Assembly (NCBI GenBank): GCA_963807965.1
Contig: CAWEDU010000017.1
Coordinates: forward strand, 207,452-271,451
Direction: 5' to 3'
DNA length: 64,000 nt
Origin: an uncultured Thermoplasmatales archaeon
GTDB lineage: Archaea; Thermoplasmatota; Penumbrarchaeia; Penumbrarchaeales; Penumbrarchaeaceae
The notes beneath the pieces were generated by a model. The model ran no database searches. It had not been told where the DNA came from and worked only from the letters and a program-made list of their open reading frames with translations. A program made the position numbers and the translations under genes. Below are positions 20,357 to 31,363 of the stretch, one piece after another (positions within the stretch are counted from its first letter, which is position 1; each line of letters starts with the position of its first letter).

Positions 20357-21702
20357 TCAACCTCCGAACATTTTCACATATGGTTCCATATCAAATTTCC
20401 TCTCAAGACCCCTTTCGTTCATGTAACGGACTTTTCCGAATACTGGCCTTTTTTTCCAAGGTCTGTCATGCTTTCCAAAACACCAGGCCACACCGGCATA
20501 TGAGTTCGGGTCCCTTCCATCGAGGTTGTATTTGTTATTCAAGAAGATGGCCCTATCGAAAGCGTCTCGTGGGTCCATGGTCCATTCGAGGATCTTCTTC
20601 CCCCAGTACATTCCTCATGTAATTATGCATCTTTCCTGTAACCACCATCTCCTTCTGGGCCGCATTCCAGTAAGGATCATGTGTCTCGGCGTTCTCCATC
20701 TCCTCAATTGAATATGTATATTCTCTTTGATCAGATGAATGGTCCTCAAGAGTAGTAATTGCCCATTCGGGCAGACAATCGAACGTATCATAATGGGGAT
20801 TATAATGCGAGTGGTTCATGGCAAGCTCCCTTCTGACGATCAGTTCTTCCAGGAACGCATCTCCCCCCTCCCCACCATGATTCATGATCTTCATCGTTAA
20901 GAAAAGAGGAGATATCTGTCCAAAATGTAGGTAAGGTGACAGATCAGATTGGATGCCCTTCGATGGATCGTTTCTCTCACCTGAATACCTGTCAAGCTTG
21001 TTCACAATGAAGTTATGGAGCTTCAGATTTGCCTCTCCTCCACCCCCTATGAACATTTCCACAGGTTGTACAGAAACATCAATGTCCATATCCTTCAGTA
21101 TACTCCCTGGATAATTGATATCAATGGAATCGAACTCCAGATCAAGGGAATCTCGGGAAGGCCATAGCTCTCTAGGGACTACCAGGTGCTCATCCAGGTG
21201 TTCATGGATCCTGGGCCGGAGGACAGCTGCTGAATATGCTTCCTTGGGATATGCTTCTTCTACGGGAATAATTACATCCGACTCGACCATTTCAAGAAGG
21301 CATTTAGCGTGAGATGCCAGCTTCTCTCTCCACTCCTTTTGATGTCTGAGATAACCCATATCACATATCGTTATTGCCGCTTCCCTTGACATCTCTATGG
21401 CACCCATTTCAGGCTTGGCCTTCTTTACTACGAATTTTATACCCAGCTGCTGAAGGTCTTCTTCCACCTGCATCAAACCCTCCAGCATGAACATATGGTG
21501 TCTCAGATTGGATTCTGGGTATTGGTCAGTCAGTCCGAAATACACTACAAGTGGAAGATCTAGATTAATGGACCAGTATGATGCCCTTAAGAGCGCATGG
21601 TTGTAGTGTCACTCTCTGGGACTGCTGCATCCAGTATAGGACATATCTGCCATCCTGGATCGGATTCTCATTGAGCCTCCTGATCCTCGGATCTCCTGTC
21701 AT
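20357..21702 (-). CDS. phr: Class II CPD photolyase (deoxyribodipyrimidine photolyase), broken into three frames.
   Basis: N-terminus [31 protein letters not shown] (21564..21702). Middle ORF 20553..21545 ([13 protein letters not shown]-binding region). C-terminal ORF 20357..20611 ([14 protein letters not shown]...[21 protein letters not shown]...FGKVRYMN). At 20600, AGGAATG versus AGGATG restores [18 protein letters not shown]. Confidence 0.8.
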
Positions 21703-22673
21703 CACCAGAGCTCCCTGTCTCGCTTTTCATCGAATGATCGGATGAGTTCCACCGGGTATGGTTGGAAATAATACTGGTTTAAGAGATATTTCACATCGAA
21801 CCTTAAGATCCATGAGTTCATTATCGATATCAATGTTGTCAGTGGGATCCTGTCATCTCTGTATAGATCAAGTGAATCCATGAAAAATGACCTTTCCTTA
21901 TTGGTCAATTGTGAAGAGAAGTAGCCGAAACAGTGCATCAGCACATTGATATGGGATGTATATCGGGGCCCCTTTGAAAGGGCCGATCCAAGTAGACTAC
22001 CATACCTCTCCAAGGTGCTCTCGATACCGATCTCCTTCTGGTTCGAAACAATCCTTCCCATTTCTCTCATTGTGGTCTGGTTGTAGGCCATTAATAAGAA
22101 TTTTGACCTTGAATGGAATTCTATTAGGGATCTTGGAGATGGCTCATCTCTCACAATCCTGAAACGGGCGTTTGTGAACAATTTTGTTAGGAAATGGTCT
22201 CTGATCCTATCATCGGTCAACCGCTTCTCTGTTTCAACTGCAAGATGTGGGAATCTTTTGAGAACCTCCATACCAAAGAATCCGGATCCCATTCTTTTTT
22301 GCGTTCCTCTTTCCTTGGACCCGTAGATCTTGACATCATCCAATCCACATGATGGTGATTTTGCCTTCAGTATGAATCCATCCACCTCTTTGAGACCATC
22401 CAGCTTGTCATTGACAAAAGAGATCATCTTTTCTGTATGGTCCAGGTCTGTCGAGGTCTGATAAAGGTGATATCCCGAATCATCCTCATATACCTTCACC
22501 GGAGCTCTTGGGACTCCTAGACCTATTCCCATTTCCGGGCAATCGTGAATAATATCAGAGTGGCCCATGAGCTTCTTTACTATTTCAGAGCCAATGATGG
22601 AACCGTCATATCTGCAGTTTGCGTATTCCAAACATCTGCTGCAGTATACCTTAGGTTTTACTCCGTTCCCCAT
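21702..22673 (-). CDS. DUF523/DUF1722 two-domain protein (YbgA/TudS-like). Its stop overlaps the photolyase start in an ATGA arrangement.
   Basis: N-terminal Cys-rich DUF523-like region (KPKVYCSRCLEYANCRYDG) and a C-terminal helical DUF1722-like region. The same gene pair is ybgA-phr in E. coli. Confidence 0.55.
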   Translation of the reverse strand: MGNGVKPKVYCSRCLEYANCRYDGSIIGSEIVKKLMGHSDIIHDCPEMGIGLGVPRAPVKVYEDDSGYHLYQTSTDLDHTEKMISFVNDKLDGLKEVDGFILKAKSPSCGLDDVKIYGSKERGTQKRMGSGFFGMEVLKRFPHLAVETEKRLTDDRIRDHFLTKLFTNARFRIVRDEPSPRSLIEFHSRSKFLLMAYNQTTMREMGRIVSNQKEIGIESTLERYGSLLGSALSKGPRYTSHINVLMHCFGYFSSQLTNKERSFFMDSLDLYRDDRIPLTTLISIMNSWILRFDVKYLLNQYYFQPYPVELIRSFDEKRDRELW

Positions 22674-22770
22674 CAGACCTACCCAATGGTGATCGGTTCA
22701 ATAAATGATAATCCTATCTATCAATAAATGAAATAAGGGACAACAGGACTTAGAGGATAAGAGGTATTAG

Positions 22771-23208
22771 ATGGCGATACCACCTGAGAAATGGAGGGCA
22801 GCGGTCTGTTACGACTCTCCTTCGGTGACCAAAATGGTCAGAAAGACACTAGATGATCTGGGTTGGAAGTATGAACGGGATAGGGCCCTTCATCACTTCT
22901 CCAGATTAATGATAGTTATAGCAATTCCATCCAATTCCTATGTGTTCAGGTTTCTAGTGAAGGACCCAGTTGAGATCACCATCGATGTTTATAATGAAAG
23001 ACCCACACATGCCGGGGATATCCATTTCCTGGAAGTGGATGGGATCACCAGCAGGAATGCAAACCGTGTCAGGACCTTTCTGTTAGGTTTCTCTAAGAAC
23101 CTTCCCAGGAAACCTTACAGTTTCTTTCCGGTAGAGAGGTTCAAGGCAGGTTTTCTCAACAGACACCATATGACTGCGAAGCGGGAATGGTCCAGGTGGG
23201 GTGTCTAA
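22771..23208 (+). CDS. Hypothetical protein.
   Basis: 145-aa ORF with no recognisable motif. Confidence 0.35.
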   Translation: MAIPPEKWRAAVCYDSPSVTKMVRKTLDDLGWKYERDRALHHFSRLMIVIAIPSNSYVFRFLVKDPVEITIDVYNERPTHAGDIHFLEVDGITSRNANRVRTFLLGFSKNLPRKPYSFFPVERFKAGFLNRHHMTAKREWSRWGV

Positions 23209-23882
23209 TCCTCCCAACTGGAAGCTCCCGGTTTGAATCCCAATTTGGGAAATGGTCTGGACCCTGATGTAGCTATGTTGTCAAGGTGGCCTGCGATCCT
23301 GCGGAGGATCCTTGCGGTGATCAGAGAGCAGATGACCTCTTTTCTTGCCAGCTCTTTATCGCTCAACCTCTCCACCAGGGAATCGTATTCTTTCTTCAGG
23401 CCCCTTTCCCTCAATGTGACCTTGGTAGGGTATGTCTTCTCCATAACCACAAGAGAATCGCGAGCTTCCAGGAACATCATTGAAATGTGGTCCTTCATGG
23501 AGTTCAATCTATCACTGATGTCATGGGTAAATGGTTCAGTAAACTTGTATTCCTCTCTCAGGAGGGCAAGGTCCTTAGCATAATCTCCAATTCTCTCGTA
23601 ATCGATCACAAGGGATATCAGAGTTAGACCGCCATGGATATTCGGGACCGAGGAGAGTGAGAAGTATTCGAATACCTTTTTTCTCAACACCTGGACATTT
23701 TTATTGACCTCTTTATCCATCTTGACTATCTCATCGGCATCTATTCCTTGATCGATCAAAGCCCTCATTGAAAGAAGGAACATCTCTTGGGTCTGGTGCT
23801 GCAGCTGGTCCATTATCTCGTAGCTCTCATCTATGAGAGGATTCTTTCTCAATGCATCCCAGATGTTTTTGAACATCTCCAT
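23205..23882 (-). CDS. PhoU-like phosphate-transport regulator.
   Basis: 225-aa helical protein with PhoU-like repeats (ERIGDYAKDLA). It sits immediately upstream of a Na/Pi cotransporter gene. Confidence 0.6.
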   Translation of the reverse strand: MEMFKNIWDALRKNPLIDESYEIMDQLQHQTQEMFLLSMRALIDQGIDADEIVKMDKEVNKNVQVLRKKVFEYFSLSSVPNIHGGLTLISLVIDYERIGDYAKDLALLREEYKFTEPFTHDISDRLNSMKDHISMMFLEARDSLVVMEKTYPTKVTLRERGLKKEYDSLVERLSDKELARKEVICSLITARILRRIAGHLDNIATSGSRPFPKLGFKPGASSWED

Positions 23883-23910
23883 ATCTCCTTGAATATCTAT
23901 ATAGATGTAA

Positions 23911-25122
23911 TTATGATAATAATAACCTGTCGAAAAGTATCACGGCTCCCGGTATCACGAAGAATACCACTATCAGGAAGATGATCGCCATTTTCCTGTT
24001 TATGGAAATATATTTAGCCACTTTCCTTGCAAGGTAAATGGGTACCTTCTTGAATGGTAGAAGGAGTATAATTCCAGTCAGATTAAAATAGAGATGGACA
24101 AATGATATTGCGAGTGCATATTTTGAGCCTTCAGGATCGGCAAGGTCCTGACTAGCAATGGCTGCTAAAAGTGCAGTGACAGTTGTTCCGACGTTAGCTC
24201 CAAGGGTATAGGGGAATATCTGTTCAATGGACAGTATACCTCCCCCTACAAGGGGAACAGCAATGGATGTGGTGACAGAAGAGCTTTGAACGAACGCAGT
24301 GAGAAGCATGCCAAAGGTGAAAGATGTTGCAGTGTTCCTGAAAAGGACCTTGTCCACCAGTTCCTGGACCTTGCCGTCAATAGCCCTCCTTGCAGCTTTG
24401 GTGATGAAAGTGAGAGAAGTAAATAGAATAGCCAGGCCGATAGCTATCATTACCGTTTCCGGAAATATCCCTACATTTAGAATTCCCTCCTTGATCGGTT
24501 CAAGGACGGGGTCCAATATCCGGGAAATGAAGTCGAATTCCAGATTCCGATCCTCCCCCACCAATGTTGATGCAGTGGCTTCCCCCATCCTTTCAAGGAA
24601 ACCTTTCCCTGTCAAGATCCTTACCAGCCACTCCATGGGGAATATCAAAGAAGCGGATATAACATTGAAAAAGTCGTGGACCAGGGCCCCTCCAAAAGCT
24701 CTTCTGAAGGATGGAGGGTGCCTGATATGTCCCATGGAAACCAGGATATTGGTGACAGAGGTTCCTATGTTGGCCCCGATCACAATTGGGATGGCATTAG
24801 GAAAGAATGCAGGATTGGCCACTACCATTGCGACCACGGTAGATGTAGTAGCTGATGATGATTGAACAACAGCGGTAGCAAGGACTCCGATACACAGCCC
24901 CACAAGAGGATTCGATGTCGTCTCGATCAGGTCGTTGGCAAAATCATGGCCTAGCCCTTTGAAACCTGATCCCATTAGCTTGATACCGATAATGAAGAAA
25001 TATATGGAGATGGTAAAGATCATAAGATTGAACCATTGTTTCTGTTTTAGTCTGAAAAATAATCCTTTGGGCTTCCCGAAAGGATTGGTTTGGTTCTGAT
25101 CCTTCCCTTTTCTATTCTCCAT
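23911..25122 (-). CDS. Na+/phosphate cotransporter (NptA/type II Na/Pi family).
   Basis: Two internal repeats, each with the QSSSATT signature (VVQSSSATTSTVVAMV and FVQSSSVTTSIAVPLV). Polytopic membrane protein. Confidence 0.8.
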   Translation of the reverse strand: MENRKGKDQNQTNPFGKPKGLFFRLKQKQWFNLMIFTISIYFFIIGIKLMGSGFKGLGHDFANDLIETTSNPLVGLCIGVLATAVVQSSSATTSTVVAMVVANPAFFPNAIPIVIGANIGTSVTNILVSMGHIRHPPSFRRAFGGALVHDFFNVISASLIFPMEWLVRILTGKGFLERMGEATASTLVGEDRNLEFDFISRILDPVLEPIKEGILNVGIFPETVMIAIGLAILFTSLTFITKAARRAIDGKVQELVDKVLFRNTATSFTFGMLLTAFVQSSSVTTSIAVPLVGGGILSIEQIFPYTLGANVGTTVTALLAAIASQDLADPEGSKYALAISFVHLYFNLTGIILLLPFKKVPIYLARKVAKYISINRKMAIIFLIVVFFVIPGAVILFDRLLLS

Positions 25123-25226
25123 ACAACTCGAGCCAATATTGAGGTATATTCTTTAACTTTTCACTACATAAATTATAGTGGTCTATGTTTAATATATATT
25201 CTATATGTATTTGGTTTGATACTCCT

Positions 25227-25940
25227 TCATTTTGCCATCATTGCCCTGATCCTGTCAGCTGCATTTTCCGCTTTATCAGCAACCTGTCCCAGACGGTCAA
25301 CCACCTTGAGCATGTGAACGACTGAAATGGGATCCAATATATCTTGATCGATATTGAAGAGGTCTCTTGAAATTGAGAACTCCAGGATATCTGCCTCGTG
25401 CTCGAGAAGATGTACTTTTTTGATCATATCCTTTACCCGGTCTCTCTCAAGACCGCGGAAACTACTTTCAATTAGGTTTTCCATACTATCCATGATATCC
25501 TGGAATGCTTTTACACACTCAAGGACCTTTTTTGCTAGATCCCTCAATTTATTAGATATATTCTCAGGAAGGCAGGTCCTTTTCATAGTTAGAAGAACAG
25601 CCACATCCTCTGCATAGTCCAGGATAGAATCCGCATCATGAAGAAGCATATGGAAATGATCTTTGGGGACGGGCATGAATATGGATTTTGGTATGTGGGC
25701 TCTTATATTCGCTTTGATGAGATCTGCTTCATGTTCTGCTTTCGAAACCAATTCCTTATCCTTTTCCACTCTTTCAAAATCACATTCAAGATAATGGACC
25801 AGGCATTCTTTCATATGGAAAACACATTCATCCAGTTTATTTGAATGATAACCTAAACCCTCAAATGGATTCCTATATATTGTATTAAGGATAGGCACAC
25901 GAATATTGTCTAAGATAGATTCTTTTTCCATATTCACCAC
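25227..25940 (-). CDS. DUF47/PhoU-like protein associated with the Pit phosphate permease.
   Basis: 237-aa helical protein placed directly upstream of the PiT gene, the arrangement seen for the TIGR00153 family. Confidence 0.55.
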   Translation of the reverse strand: MVNMEKESILDNIRVPILNTIYRNPFEGLGYHSNKLDECVFHMKECLVHYLECDFERVEKDKELVSKAEHEADLIKANIRAHIPKSIFMPVPKDHFHMLLHDADSILDYAEDVAVLLTMKRTCLPENISNKLRDLAKKVLECVKAFQDIMDSMENLIESSFRGLERDRVKDMIKKVHLLEHEADILEFSISRDLFNIDQDILDPISVVHMLKVVDRLGQVADKAENAADRIRAMMAK

Positions 25941-25943
25941 CTT

Positions 25944-27271
25944 TCAAGCAAATTGTAAGGCTATGGCTCTAAATAGTAAATATATCCCACCTGTAGTTAG
26001 AGCGGAAATCGGTATTGTGAAAACCCATGATACGATAATATTCCTTATCACCCTCAGATCAATAGCTGTTATTCCTCCTGCCATTCCAACACCGATCACT
26101 GATCCTACGATTATCTGGGAGGTTGAAACAGGAATTCCAAATAAAGAACAGATAAGTACAGATGTGGCAGCACCGAATGATGCTGAGAATCCTCTGGTGG
26201 CGGTTATCTTTGTGATTCTTTTTCCGATGGTCTCCATCACCCTGTATCCCCAGGTTGATACCCCAACAACTATCCCAAGACCCCCAAGAAGCAAGATCCA
26301 TACAGGGATAGTAACGGTGGATGTGATATCTCCCCCGGTAAGGATCTGGAAAATTGCTGCCACTGGACCTATTGCATTTGCAACATCGTTGGCACCATGG
26401 GAGAATGCTACATAACAGGCAGTCAGGTACCTAGCAATCCTCCAAACATAGACTCAACCCTCTCCAGGGGATTTTGTCCTTTTCTCTGTTTAGAAATTTT
26501 TCTATTTCTTATCAAATGGAAGATGATGGTTATGAACAATGATAAGATCATGATAAAAATGACCTTCAACCAGATTATATCAAAGACCATATCCAGTAGT
26601 GTCCCTGGAAGGAATCCTTCCATCACGGTCCTTAGGTTCTTCAAACCACCTGAAAGACCAGCTAGAAGGAGAATGAATATTACGAGAAATATGAAGAAAT
26701 TGTTTACACTTTCCGCTCTTTTTTCCAACCTCTTCGATTCGAATATGGTTTTTTTTATTGAGAAGAAAATAAAAAAAGAGAGAATCCCCCCGAATAATGG
26801 GGATAGCACCCATCCAAGTGAAATCTTAATAATTGTTTCCAGGTTCAATGATGATGATGGTATGTCCCCTAAAATGATCGAAAGAGCTCCGAAACCTGCT
26901 ACCGATCCTACAATTGATTGACTGGTTGATATTGGGAGACTTTTATAGGTTGCAAGTGTAACCCAGAGAGATGCTGCCAAAAGCACCGCAAGCATTCCAG
27001 CAATGAAGAGATAGGTCTGTCCCTGGAAAGGAGCAGGATCGACGATCCCTGATTTCAGTGTCTTTGTAACATGAGCTCCAACAAGGAAAGCACCAAGGAA
27101 TTCGAAAACAACCGCGATAATAATGATCTTCTTCAAGGACATTGCTTTTGAGCCGAATACTGTTCCCATTGAGTTTGCGACATCGTTTGCACCGATGGTC
27201 CAGGCCATATAGAAGCCAAAAACTATAGTTACAAACAGGACAGCCAGACCACCCAGGGATAGACCGAACAT
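25944..27271 (-). CDS. pit: Inorganic phosphate transporter, PiT family, split by a single-base frameshift near 26400-26420.
   Basis: The N-terminal half has GANDVANSMG. The C-terminal frame reads RIARYLTACYVAFSHGANDVANAIGPVAAIF upstream of the annotated Met. Adding one G in TTTGGAGG restores MFGRIARYL. Confidence 0.8.
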
Positions 27272-27428
27272 TTCAAATGACCTCTTTTAAGGAACCTCTC
27301 GAATTGGAAGCGGAAAAACCAGATAGCAGCAAGGAAACCCCTATCATTTCTACCTTTTATGCTGAAGTTTAAAATCGGATATATAGATTATGTTTTAGAG
27401 ATCGATGTCATTAAGATACGATCCATCA

Positions 27429-28795
27429 TTACATATCAAATCCTTCCATCTCAGGCATCTGAAGTTGTTTCATCAGCTTCTTCCTCATCCTTCTGTTGGA
27501 AGTGAGCCCCTTAACAGCCTTTTGAGACATGTTGTAATATTTAAGAAGTGATCTGACCTCTTTCTGGTCCACACCAGAACCCCTGGCTATTCTCCGGATC
27601 CTGGAAGCTTTGATCTCCTTGGGATTCTCCAATTCGAACTGGGTCATTGATGACATTATGACCTTGAACTTCTTCAATCTCTGCTGGGTCTCCTGAGATG
27701 ACTGCTTGTCCATATTCATAGACTTCATTCCCCCGAAACCCTGGGGAAGCATCCCCATCAATTTATCCAGGGGGCCCATTTTCGAGAGCATTTCCATCTG
27801 GTCCTTCATATCCAGGAGGGTGAACTTCCCGGACATCATCTTCCTTGCCACAAGTTCAGCATCACCCTCATCCATGGATTCCTGGGCTTTCTCAAGGAGG
27901 GTCTGGAGGTCTCCCATACCAAGAAGTCTCGATATGAATCTGGGTGGATCGAACTTCTCAAGATCGTCTATATGTTCTCCCACACCTATGAAAGTAACAG
28001 GGGCTTTTGTTATTGAAACCGCAGAAAGTGCGCCTCCTCCCTTGGCTGTTCCATCAAGTTTGGTGATGATGACACCTGTTACTCCAACAGCATCATGGAA
28101 TGCCTGGGCCTGAGGACCTGCCTGCTGGCCCACTGAGGCATCCAGGACCAGGAACTTCTCATCAGGATTCGCAGCTTTTGAGATCCTCTTCATTTCATCG
28201 ATCAGATCGTTTTCAAGAGAGTGTCTCCCCGCCGTGTCTATGATGATCACATCTATACCCTTGTGAGTCTTCATTCCATTCTTCACAACTGCAACACCAT
28301 TACTGGCCTTTGGATTGCCATAGATGGGAACATTGATCTTTTCAGCCAACTGTTTGAGCTGGTCAAAGGCAGCAGGTCGATGGACATCAGCTGCAATCAA
28401 CCCCACCTTCAATCCCCTTTTCTGGAAAAACTTCGCCAGCTTGGCCGTTGTGGTGGTCTTTCCCTGGCCGTATAGACCAACCATCAAGATGACATGTTTT
28501 TTTAAGGAAACCTCACGTCCTTCTCCCAGGATCCTGACGAGTTCCTCGTAGATGATCCGGATCACATGCTCCCGCGACGACATGCCGGCAGGTGGCTTTT
28601 CTTCCAGGGCCCTTCTCTCCACTTCCTTGGTAATGGTCAGGACAAGTTTGACATTGATATCTGCCTGGAGGAGAGCCCGCTGGATATCTCGTACAACGTC
28701 CTTGATGACATCCTTGTCAATGTTGGATGCGTTTGCGATCTTCTTGAGGGTCCCTCTAAGGGACTCACCTAACGAATCTAGGACCGTGGTCCATC
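27429..28795 (-). CDS. srp54: Signal recognition particle protein SRP54. The N-terminal 58 codons are upstream of the track's internal-Met start, with a probable indel near 28780-28790.
   Basis: N domain (VLDSLGESLRGTLKKIANASNIDKDVIKDV...), G domain (GLYGQGKTTT, DTAGRH, TKLDG), and a Met-rich M domain. ATG 28793-28795 is +1 relative to the VLDSLG frame. Confidence 0.8.
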
Positions 28796-28992
28796 ACCGA
28801 CGCGCCATCAGGCTTTTTGCATATATAGATTATCTTATGAATTCCATAAGATCTCAAAGTATCAGAAGCAATTTTCAATGAAAATTCTAATTTCTCCCTA
28901 TATTAATGACCAAATTCAATGATGGATACGATTAATTAAAAAGCATTCAAAAAACCAATAATATATAAATTAATAATAATATATGGATATTC

Positions 28993-29691
28993 ATGAAAAG
29001 GTCTTGGTCCACACCATTTGTAGATACATTCGATGAGGCTTTTCACGGAATGAAAACCGACTACCAGAGGTCACCATATATCTTTCTTGATCGAATGGAT
29101 GTGGTGGCAGACCTCTATCATCGTATGAGGTCCCTTTTCATGATCCAGAGTGTCGAGACAGGAAGATTCACAATCGGAAAAGATGGAAGATGGAGGCAGA
29201 AAGGGATCGAAACTGGAGATATTGAAACAACACCGATCCATGTATCACTCGGTTTTGAAAAGGGGGATAAATCTCGAGCAGATCTCTGCTTCATTGACCT
29301 AAATTCCATGCAGTTTGCTGTTACAGCACGGTTTTCAAAGAAGAATCCAGGGTCCATCAGATCCTGGAGATTTACTTCAGGTGCAGCTGTCAGTATTGTC
29401 AAGAACTCTGAGGTCCAGTATTCAAAAAGACGCAACACCCAGACCGGGAGATTCTCAAAGACAGAAGGGATGAAGGAACTGGAAAAGGAAATACTAAGAG
29501 AGATATCCAACCTCCAGACATGGGAAAAATCGATACTTCTCATTGTTGATGACCATGGTCTGTTCACCAAGAACGAGCTTGAATATACATTCTCGAGGAA
29601 ATTGAATCCTTACACCATGAAGATATACTACCTCTCTCCCAGGTCAGGATTTTTCATTTCAGGAAAACGGAAGGTCAAAGAAGAAAATTAA
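28993..29691 (+). CDS. Hypothetical protein.
   Basis: 232-aa ORF, chosen over the overlapping antisense ORF on composition. Confidence 0.35.
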   Translation: MKRSWSTPFVDTFDEAFHGMKTDYQRSPYIFLDRMDVVADLYHRMRSLFMIQSVETGRFTIGKDGRWRQKGIETGDIETTPIHVSLGFEKGDKSRADLCFIDLNSMQFAVTARFSKKNPGSIRSWRFTSGAAVSIVKNSEVQYSKRRNTQTGRFSKTEGMKELEKEILREISNLQTWEKSILLIVDDHGLFTKNELEYTFSRKLNPYTMKIYYLSPRSGFFISGKRKVKEEN

Positions 29692-29797
29692 ATTCATCCA
29701 GTGAACTTTTAATCAATCATGTGTCCTATGATTAAAAATCAATATATACGTACTTCACCGTTCCATCAAATGGGGAATATGGAATCTCCGAGGAGCG

Positions 29798-30718
29798 GTG
29801 AGATTGGTAATTGGGAAGGCAAAACACAACAAGGGGGACCTTGCAGGCATATATGATACCTCGATCTGCCAGGTAAAGTTCAGAAATCCCCGGATCCTGA
29901 TGAAAAGGAAGAGGACCTTCGATCAGGACAGGGATCTCTCTTTCGATCATAATAGAAGGATCGATGTCAGACTCCAGGGAATCCTTTTCAGGAAGACCAA
30001 GGCCATCGGATTCAGGAATATCGGGGTTTCCAATCTTGAGGATATCGACAAGAGTGAGGACTGGCCGACAGTTGAACCAGCGAAGAGTCCTGAGTCCATG
30101 GTGATGGATAGGGATTCTGATTGGGAGCATACCTGGGGAATGGACCAGACATACGAGGAGATCTGGGGAACTGGACGGGATATGGAACATGATGCAATAC
30201 TTTTTCCAACGGACAGGTTGGAACCTCAACTTACATATTACTCCAAGCAGAAGCTGGTTAAGGATGATGATCCAATTTCGAGGAGATCCTCGAAAAGGCG
30301 GAACAAGGCAAAGGCCAAGAAGAAAATTGGACAAACCAATACTGCAAGAAAGATGCCATTCCTGGATTATGTCGAAGATCAGGACAGCAGTATAAGGACC
30401 AAGAACCCTGTCTACCAGGTGGCAGAGGAAGATAGCGAGCCGATCAATTCACCCCCATCCTCCAAAGATGTCAGGTTATGGTCCGAAGATGAAAGCTCAA
30501 ATATCTCATCCGAACAGGTACCAGTCAGTCCCAAGGATAGGAAGAGAGCTTACGCTTTCAATGAGTATGGTTTATCCCTCATGGAAAGCGGTCAATATGA
30601 TAGAGCAATGTCATACTTTCAGAAAGCAAAAGGCCTTGATCCAAATGAAAGGACCTATACCACCAACCAGAAGAGATGCCAGCAGTGGATGGATTATCAT
30701 TCAAGGAAGGGGGTTTGA
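29798..30718 (+). CDS. Hypothetical protein with a C-terminal TPR-like repeat.
   Basis: AYAFNEYGLSLMESGQYDRAMSYFQKAKGLDPNE is TPR-like. The basic, low-complexity middle may mean the true start is downstream. Confidence 0.35.
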   Translation: MRLVIGKAKHNKGDLAGIYDTSICQVKFRNPRILMKRKRTFDQDRDLSFDHNRRIDVRLQGILFRKTKAIGFRNIGVSNLEDIDKSEDWPTVEPAKSPESMVMDRDSDWEHTWGMDQTYEEIWGTGRDMEHDAILFPTDRLEPQLTYYSKQKLVKDDDPISRRSSKRRNKAKAKKKIGQTNTARKMPFLDYVEDQDSSIRTKNPVYQVAEEDSEPINSPPSSKDVRLWSEDESSNISSEQVPVSPKDRKRAYAFNEYGLSLMESGQYDRAMSYFQKAKGLDPNERTYTTNQKRCQQWMDYHSRKGV

Positions 30719-30721
30719 TCG

Positions 30722-31357
30722 ATGGACCTGCTACTTGTGCTCTACCTTGTTATCGGGATCGCCAGTTTTGTAATACTTCTTGTGATCATGCTTTTGGGAG
30801 GTCTGGACCTGGATCTTGACGGTGGGCCGGACATCGACCTGGACATAGGTGACATGGATATAGATATCGACGCAGGCGGGGGTCCAGGATTGTTCAGTCT
30901 TCCTGTGATGCTTTCCTTCACATCCTCGTTCGGGGGTTTGGGTGCTATTTTGACCTATTTTGGTGTGGACCCGGTCATAACCCCATTCATAGCGGCTTTC
31001 GCATCCCTGGTCTTCGCGGTGCTTCTCTTTCTTATAGTAAGGTATGCTTTCAAGGTCTTCTCATCAGATTCCACGGTGAAATATGGGAGCTTAATAGGAA
31101 AAAAGGCAACTGTCACAGTGCCACTCAATCCCGGAATGGAAGGACAGGTAACACTATTCACCGAACAGAGAGGGAGGACATTGATCCCTGCTGTCGCAGA
31201 TCGAAAATTCGGGAATAATGCAGATGTCATAATAACCAGGAACCTTGGCGACTCAGTGAAGGTCGTATCACCCTCGGATTGGAGGAAGACCAGATCCAGA
31301 TCAAAGAAAGGGGCAGGGAAGCCCCGAAAAAGAGAGGAGAATTTGAATAAGAGGTGA
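30722..31357 (+). CDS. nfeD: NfeD-like membrane protein (short form, OB-fold), the partner of SPFH/flotillin.
   Basis: N-terminal TM helices, then a beta-rich domain (GKKATVTVPLNPGMEGQVTLF...ADVIITRNLGDSVKVV). It is 6 nt upstream of flotillin. Confidence 0.65.
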   Translation: MDLLLVLYLVIGIASFVILLVIMLLGGLDLDLDGGPDIDLDIGDMDIDIDAGGGPGLFSLPVMLSFTSSFGGLGAILTYFGVDPVITPFIAAFASLVFAVLLFLIVRYAFKVFSSDSTVKYGSLIGKKATVTVPLNPGMEGQVTLFTEQRGRTLIPAVADRKFGNNADVIITRNLGDSVKVVSPSDWRKTRSRSKKGAGKPRKREENLNKR

Positions 31358-31363
31358 GAAAGA

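Noticed and set aside
23205-23245. tRNA T-arm-like string GGTTTGAATCC.
   Set aside because: The flanking sequence cannot form a T-stem or an acceptor stem. It lies inside the 3' end of ORF 22771..23208.
25944-27271. Treating the 139-aa and 282-aa PiT ORFs as two genes.
   Set aside because: The C-terminal frame is open and conserved (RIARYLTACYVAFSHGANDVANAIG) upstream of its first Met. A single G restores continuity, so this is one gene.
29732-30334. 200-aa minus-strand ORF overlapping 29798..30718.
   Set aside because: The + strand ORF is longer and carries a TPR-like repeat. The minus ORF has an atypical P/L/C-rich composition.
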